A DNA stretch of 57,300 bases from Gammaproteobacteria bacterium (GTDB lineage Bacteria > Pseudomonadota > Gammaproteobacteria > Steroidobacterales > Rariloculaceae), in contig JAZFYK010000169.1 in NCBI GenBank assembly GCA_036443505.1, positions 1 to 57,300 on the forward strand. Reading direction: 5' to 3'. Of this stretch, positions 55,124 to 57,300 are shown piece after piece; position 1 is the first letter of the stretch; every line of letters begins with the position of its first letter. A model generated the notes under the pieces. It did not search any database, was not told the origin of the DNA, and saw nothing but the letters and a program-made list of their open reading frames with translations. A program made the translations under genes and the position numbers.

Positions 55124-57300
55124 TTGTTCGAATTACTCTTCAAATATTCCCGCACTACCTTCGAGCAGGGCGAATTCCTGTTCGCCAGCGGCTGGCCGGT
55201 TTGGCTCTTGGTGGTGGCGAGCCTCGCCGTGATGGCCGCCGTCGGCTACAGCCTCATGCAACGCCGTGATTCGCTTAACGTAGGAAAGCTGATCGTCCTG
55301 GCGGGTATTCAGACCGCCATGCTGACGCTCGTGTTGGTGCTCCTCTGGCAGCCGGCATTGTCCAGCGACAGGCTCCGCTCAGAGGACAACTCTGTCGCCC
55401 TGCTCATCGATACGTCCGCGAGTATGAGTTACGGAGAGGCGGGAGAGTCCCGCCTGCAGCAGGCCGTTGCCGCACTGAACGACGGCGTGCTGGAAGATCT
55501 CTCGGCCGATCTCGAGACTCGGTTGTACGCATTCTCTAGAGATTCGATGACCATCGACAGCCTGGAGCAGATGCCGCCACCCGGACCGGCAACCCGCTTG
55601 GGCGATGCGCTGCTCGGCGTCCTGCGAGAGGCCCGCGCATCGGCGCTGGGAGCCGTGGTGCTGATCAGTGATGGAGCCGATAACTCCAACGAGTTGAATA
55701 CGGCCCGGCTCGCCGAGATTGCGGGCTTCGGCGTGCCGGTGCACACGGTCGGTGTCGGGCGGGAGTCCATACCCGAGGACATCGAGCTCGAGAGTGTCAG
55801 CATGACGACGCAGGTGATGGCCGGATCCCGTGTCAGCGCCCAGGTCAGTCTGCGTCACGCGGGGGCCGGTTCCGCCATGATCAAGGTCTACGACGGCGAT
55901 GCCATTCTCGCCGCCGAAGAGTTGGCGCTCCCCGGCCGTGACGGCGTCACGACGCATTGGGTAGATTTCGACGTCGGTGAGGCGGGTATAAAGGATCTGC
56001 GTTTCGTCTTGGACGCGATTCCCGGTGAGCGTAATACCGTCAACAACGTTCAGTATCGTGTGATCGAGGTTCCGGCGGAACGGCGTCGAATCCTCTATGT
56101 CGAGGGCGAGCCTCGCTGGGAATATAAATTTATCCGGCGGGCCGTAGAGGAGTCTTCTCCCATCCGCCTGGCGAGCCTGCTGCGAACGACGCCGAATAAA
56201 TTCTATCGTCAGGGCATCGACGACCCGACCGAGCTCGAAAACGGGTTTCCCGAGGATCGAGAGACGCTGTTCGACTACGATGCGTTGATCATCGGGAGCT
56301 TCGAGGCGGCCGCCTTAACGCCCGAACAACAGGAAAACATCAGCGCGTTCGTCAGCGAACGGGGCGGCAGCTTACTCATGTTGGCGGGACTCAGGGGCCT
56401 GGCCGATGGGGGCTGGGGCAACAGCATCGTGGCCGACGTGTTGCCGGCTCGGTTACCCGACATCGATGCGCCGACTTTCATCCGCTGGCCGGCCAAAGCG
56501 AGCTTAACAACTGTCGGCGAAGACTCCCTGCTCACGCGGCTGGACTCGGATCGAGAGACGAATATTCTGTTGTGGGAGGAAATGCCGGATATCGCCGATT
56601 ATCAGTACCTCGCTGAGGTCAAACCCGGCGCGGTGACACTGCTCGAAGCCGACATCCAGGGCACGACTCATCCGCTACTGGTCCACCAGCGTTATGGACG
56701 CGGCAATGCTTATATTCTCGCGACGGGCGGGACCTGGCGTTGGCAGATGCAGCTCCCTTCCGAGGATCAACGGCATGAGACTTTCTGGCGTCAGATGCTG
56801 CGCGCGTTGGCAGCCAGTGCGCCGCTTCCCATTGTGTTGTCGGCGGAGCGGCTCTTCTATGGCGATGAAACGGAAGTCACGTTGCGCGCCGAGGTAAAAG
56901 ATAAAGAGTACCTGCCGGTCGCGGACGCTGCCGTCACCGTATCGGTCACAACGCCTGCCGGCGAAGCCGCGGGCGTAGTCGAGATGCAAGCCATACCGGG
57001 GGAGCCCGGGTTGTACGAAGCAACGATTCAGGCGGATCAGACCGGGATGTACCGCTTTGAAGCCGAGGCGCGTCTCGGGGACGATCTACTCGGCTCGGCT
57101 CCGTTAGCCGTCCGACGGGCCGATGGGCTCGCCGAGCACTTCCAGATTCAGCAGAATCGATCACTGCTGGAGAATCTCGCCAACGTGACCGGTGGGCAAT
57201 ATTTCGCACTCGATGACTTGGACGCCCTACCGGAAACCATTCAGTTCTCCGACGCGGGTATCCTCGAGACGGAGATTCTGGATCTCTGGAACATGCCGAT
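55124..57300 (+). CDS. Membrane-anchored vWA-domain protein with a GATase1-like middle domain, 3' partial (continues beyond the window)
   Basis: Not in the ORF track. My own translation from the TTG at 55124 (in-frame stop at 55103-55105) gives two N-terminal TMs, a MIDAS-type LLIDTSASMS...ISDGADNS vWA domain, then RILYVEGEPRWEYKFIRR...YDALIIGSF...GGSLLMLAG. The frame is open to 57300. Confidence 0.8.
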   Translation, partial: MFELLFKYSRTTFEQGEFLFASGWPVWLLVVASLAVMAAVGYSLMQRRDSLNVGKLIVLAGIQTAMLTLVLVLLWQPALSSDRLRSEDNSVALLIDTSASMSYGEAGESRLQQAVAALNDGVLEDLSADLETRLYAFSRDSMTIDSLEQMPPPGPATRLGDALLGVLREARASALGAVVLISDGADNSNELNTARLAEIAGFGVPVHTVGVGRESIPEDIELESVSMTTQVMAGSRVSAQVSLRHAGAGSAMIKVYDGDAILAAEELALPGRDGVTTHWVDFDVGEAGIKDLRFVLDAIPGERNTVNNVQYRVIEVPAERRRILYVEGEPRWEYKFIRRAVEESSPIRLASLLRTTPNKFYRQGIDDPTELENGFPEDRETLFDYDALIIGSFEAAALTPEQQENISAFVSERGGSLLMLAGLRGLADGGWGNSIVADVLPARLPDIDAPTFIRWPAKASLTTVGEDSLLTRLDSDRETNILLWEEMPDIADYQYLAEVKPGAVTLLEADIQGTTHPLLVHQRYGRGNAYILATGGTWRWQMQLPSEDQRHETFWRQMLRALAASAPLPIVLSAERLFYGDETEVTLRAEVKDKEYLPVADAAVTVSVTTPAGEAAGVVEMQAIPGEPGLYEATIQADQTGMYRFEAEARLGDDLLGSAPLAVRRADGLAEHFQIQQNRSLLENLANVTGGQYFALDDLDALPETIQFSDAGILETEILDLWNMP

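Noticed and set aside
1-57300. Searched for CRISPR arrays, integrases or transposases, phage genes, toxin-antitoxin pairs, restriction-modification or other defence genes, and rRNA operons.
   Set aside because: None of these was seen. The only repeats are the lysine-codon tandem repeat inside a CDS, the short REP-like hairpins and the two MITE-like copies, and every long ORF has a housekeeping-type identity.

Overview
This is a high-GC window (about 60% by eye) with gammaproteobacterial-type synteny, and it is almost entirely core genome. All calls come from reading motifs in the translations and from my own translation of regions missing from the ORF track; no searches were run.

Gene content, in order:
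- leuS (minus strand, runs off the left edge, absent from the ORF track), lptE, hisI, cysS, yidD, a Trm112-like gene.
- holA-nadD-rsfS-rlmH, then maf-rng-yhdP-nit-tldD.
- purE, pmbA, yihY/brkB, purC, djlA, crp/vfr, coq7.
- rplM-rpsI, tRNA-Gln(CUG), rpiA, and a lysine-rich H1-like gene.
- The zapB-like/zapA/6S RNA/5-formyl-THF cyclo-ligase locus.
- pepP-ubiH-ubiI, then a tandem glycine riboswitch driving gcvT-gcvH-gcvPA-gcvPB.
- A 930-aa Nma111-like double HtrA/PDZ protease, an M23 peptidase start/stop-overlapped with a SLOG ('molybdenum-carrier-like') protein, and yyaL.
- lgt-thyA, then lptD-surA-pdxA-rsmA-apaH, murU, an MFS transporter and an alpha/beta hydrolase.
- A divergent DUF4159 / vWA-GATase1-like membrane protein pair; the second gene runs off the right edge and is absent from the ORF track.

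I see no CRISPR array, prophage, transposase, integrase, toxin-antitoxin pair or recognisable defence island, and I cannot point to a clear-cut novel system.

The items most worth a second look are:
1. A 134-143 bp MITE-like element in two copies, whose terminal inverted repeats carry compensatory substitutions. One copy supplies the stop codon of yyaL.
2. A short REP-like 'GTAGGAGCG...' hairpin family whose TAG is used as the stop codon of two genes.
3. The protease / M23 / SLOG gene string.
4. A perfect TGTGA-N6-TCACA CRP box in front of crp, plus a second near-perfect box in an AT-rich orphan intergenic region upstream of the H1-like gene.
5. The DUF4159 / vWA pair at the right edge.

Several ORF-track starts are clearly too long and have been trimmed: cysS, crp, rplM, 5-FCL, the protease, apaH, rsmA, surA, murU, MFS and DUF4159.
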